DNA from: an uncultured Alphaproteobacteria bacterium
GTDB taxonomy: Bacteria > Pseudomonadota > Alphaproteobacteria > Rhizobiales > CAWCWK01
Direction of reading: 5' to 3'
DNA length: 64,000 nucleotides
Assembly (NCBI GenBank): GCA_963842125.1
Contig: CAWJFE010000005.1
Span: 1,230,910 to 1,294,909 of the forward strand
In this document: one piece after another, positions 61,647 through 64,000 of the stretch
Position numbering within the stretch: position 1 is the first letter of the stretch
How the letters are laid out: every line of letters begins with the position of its first letter
Made by a program: the position numbers and the translations under genes
Notes under the pieces: model-generated
What the model saw: the letters and a program-made list of their open reading frames with translations, nothing else
Told to the model about the DNA's origin: nothing
Database searches by the model: none

Positions 61647-62705
61647 GTGCGCGTCGATCTCTTCGACTTCGATCTTCCGCAGGACAGGATCGCACTTCGC
61701 CCGGCCGAACCGCGCGAGAGCGCACGCCTGCTCGACGTCGACCCACGGCGCGATCCCGTACTGATCGACCGTACCGTGGGCGATCTCCCGACCGTGCTGC
61801 GGCCGGGCGATCTTTTGATCGCCAACGATACACGGGTCATAAAGGCCCAATTGCATGGCATCCGCACGCGAAACGACATCGACGCGAGGATCGGTGTCAC
61901 ACTCCACAAGCGTTTGGCCGGCGATAGCTGGGCGGCATTCGTCCGGCCGGCCAAGAAGCTTGCGGTCGGCGAGACCGTCCATTTCGGCGACACCTTGAGC
62001 GCAACCGTCGAAGCGCTTGACGCCGGAGAGGCCCGGCTGCGCTTCTCCCAGAACGGAATGGCCCTCGACACCGCGATCGAGACCGTCGGCGAAATGCCGC
62101 TCCCGCCCTATATCGCGTCGAAGCGAAAGCCAGATGCGCAGGACGAGGCGGACTATCAGACCCGTTTCGCTGCAAAGTCCGGCGCCGTGGCAGCGCCTAC
62201 GGCCGGGCTCCACGTCACGGACGCGCTACGCGATGCACTCGTGGCCGCAGGTGTCGCGATAGAGACCGTCACGCTCCATGTCGGCGCGGGCACCTTCCTG
62301 CCGGTCAAGACCGACGACACCGACGCGCATCGAATGCACGCCGAATGGGGCACCGTTTCCAATGACGTCGCGGCCCACATAGCCCATACGCGCGCTGCGG
62401 GAGGGCGCGTCGTCGCTCTCGGGACGACGAGCCTGCGTATCCTCGAATCGTCCCTCGATGCCGATGGCGATGTGACCGCCTTCGAGGGCGATACCGACAT
62501 CTTCCTTACGCCCGGCGTGCCGATCCGGTCGGTCGATGCGCTCCTCACCAACTTCCATCTGCCGCGCTCGACACTCTTCATGCTAGTTGCAGCCTTCTCC
62601 GGGCTGGAGACGATGCAGAGCGCCTACCGGCACGCCATCGCGACCGGCTATCGCTTCTACTCCTACGGCGACGCCTGCCTTCTCGCCAACACGAGTCCAC
62701 GATGA
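61647..62705 (+). CDS. queA: SAM:tRNA ribosyltransferase-isomerase
   Basis: GTG start gives [11 protein letters not shown]; [29 protein letters not shown]. Confidence 0.96.
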   Translation: MRVDLFDFDLPQDRIALRPAEPRESARLLDVDPRRDPVLIDRTVGDLPTVLRPGDLLIANDTRVIKAQLHGIRTRNDIDARIGVTLHKRLAGDSWAAFVRPAKKLAVGETVHFGDTLSATVEALDAGEARLRFSQNGMALDTAIETVGEMPLPPYIASKRKPDAQDEADYQTRFAAKSGAVAAPTAGLHVTDALRDALVAAGVAIETVTLHVGAGTFLPVKTDDTDAHRMHAEWGTVSNDVAAHIAHTRAAGGRVVALGTTSLRILESSLDADGDVTAFEGDTDIFLTPGVPIRSVDALLTNFHLPRSTLFMLVAAFSGLETMQSAYRHAIATGYRFYSYGDACLLANTSPR

Positions 62706-63829
62706 CGATCGGCTTTACGCTGGATGCTGCGGACGGCAGGGCCCGCGCCGCGACGCTCACTCTCGCTCATGGCGAGGTTCGAACACCCATCTTCATGCCG
62801 GTCGGGACCGCGGCGACGGTGAAATGCATGTATCCGGGGCAGGTGAGGGCGCTCGGCGCCGACATCGTTCTCGGCAACACCTACCACCTCATGCTGCGCC
62901 CGACGGCCGAACGCATCGCCAAGCTCGGCGGCCTCCACACGTTCATGAAGTGGCCACATCCGATCCTGACCGACTCCGGCGGGTTTCAGGTCATGTCGCT
63001 ATCCGGCATCCGCAAGATCGACGAGACTGGCGTGCAGTTCCGCTCTCATCTCGACGGCTCCAAGCACGACATGAGCCCGGAACGGAGCGTCGAGATCCAG
63101 CATCTCCTCGGTTCCAACATTACGATGCAGCTCGACGAACTGGTCGAGCTGCCGAACGAGCCGGCCGTCATCGAAGCCGCGATGGAGCGCTCGCTTCGTT
63201 GGGCGGGGCGATGCAAGGACGCCTTCGCACGCCGGGAGGGCTACGGCCTCTTCGGCATCACGCAAGGCGGCACGGACGAGGCGTTGCGACGGCGATCGGC
63301 TGAAGGCCTCACCGGTATCGGCTTCGATGGCTATGCGATCGGAGGCCTCGCCGTCGGTGAGCCGCAGGACGTGATGTTCCGGACGATCGAGGCGAACGTC
63401 GCCCATCTGCCGGAGGAGCGGCCTCGCTATCTCATGGGCGTCGGAACGCCGGACGACATTCTCGGCGGCATTGCACGGGGTGTCGACATGTTCGACTGCG
63501 TCATGCCCACGCGGTCCGGTCGGCATGGGCAAGCCTTCACGCGTTTCGGACGGGTGAACCTGCGCAACGCACGCCACGCCGACGACCCGCGACCGCTGGA
63601 CGAAACAAGCGACTGCGAAGCGACGAGCGGCTATAGCCGCGCCTACCTCCACCACCTCGTTCGCAGCAACGAGCCGCTCGGCGGCATGCTCGTCACCTGG
63701 AACAATCTCGCCTACTATCTGGCGCTCGTGCGCGGCGCGCGCGAGGCGATCATCGACGGGGCGTTCTTCGACTACGCGGCGGCCACGCGCGAAGGCTGGG
63801 CGCGCGGCGACCTGGCCCCGGTCGACTAG
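62702..63829 (+). CDS. tgt: Queuine tRNA-ribosyltransferase
   Basis: [36 protein letters not shown]. Confidence 0.97.
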   Translation: MTIGFTLDAADGRARAATLTLAHGEVRTPIFMPVGTAATVKCMYPGQVRALGADIVLGNTYHLMLRPTAERIAKLGGLHTFMKWPHPILTDSGGFQVMSLSGIRKIDETGVQFRSHLDGSKHDMSPERSVEIQHLLGSNITMQLDELVELPNEPAVIEAAMERSLRWAGRCKDAFARREGYGLFGITQGGTDEALRRRSAEGLTGIGFDGYAIGGLAVGEPQDVMFRTIEANVAHLPEERPRYLMGVGTPDDILGGIARGVDMFDCVMPTRSGRHGQAFTRFGRVNLRNARHADDPRPLDETSDCEATSGYSRAYLHHLVRSNEPLGGMLVTWNNLAYYLALVRGAREAIIDGAFFDYAAATREGWARGDLAPVD

Positions 63830-64000
63830 ATCCCGACCCCGGAACCCTTGATGAGCTGGCAGCCGGTGATGCGTAGCGAGCCGTCGTCCTGCGCTTGAAG
63901 CGTGTAGAGCGCGACCCAGTCCTGCCCCTTCGGTCCGGTCAGCCGGACTTCCTGAAGCAGCTGACCGCCGCGCTCGGCGAACTTACCGAAGCGGACGTTG
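63826..64000 (-). CDS. C-terminal part of a DUF4864-like protein (partial)
   Basis: Hand translation ...[42 protein letters not shown]. Confidence 0.7.
   Translation of the reverse strand, partial: NVRFGKFAERGGQLLQEVRLTGPKGQDWVALYTLQAQDDGSLRITGCQLIKGSGVGI

Overview
GC-rich alphaproteobacterial core-genome region. Gene order and proteins point to Hyphomicrobiales/Rhizobiales. From left to right: partial trmFO (minus), nuoG-N, birA, rnj, mce, DUF1467, a DMT transporter, a probable sRNA, proS, lolE/lolD, dnaE, rpsB-tsf-pyrH-frr-uppS-cdsA-rseP-bamA-lpxD-fabZ-lpxA-lpxI-lpxB, gltA/gltX (minus), comEC, lexA-trpC-trpD-ppiD (minus), tpiA-secG-pyrG-VOC-kdsA-eno-ftsB, pdhA-pdhB-(DUF5076-like)-pdhC, glpX-recJ-coaD-cyclophilin-queA-tgt, and a partial DUF4864-like gene. 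I saw no mobile element, CRISPR array, rRNA or tRNA, and no convincing new multi-gene system. The notable points are smaller. (1) The nuo operon is split, with nuoG starting head-to-head with trmFO, and there are further synteny breaks (no lpdA after pdhC, no moaC/moeA, no hom or gyrA). (2) Two +1 frameshifts occur in rnj and cdsA, most likely assembly errors. (3) birA probably starts at a CTG. (4) An alpha-r9-like sRNA lies upstream of proS with an NtrC-like palindrome. (5) An unannotated 39-aa basic ORF sits in the pdhC-glpX gap. (6) NuoJ, RpsB, BamA and DUF1467 carry insertions or extensions. (7) Candidate LexA, CtrA, PhaR and GANTC regulatory motifs are readable. All product calls come from recognising motifs by eye; no database searches were run.
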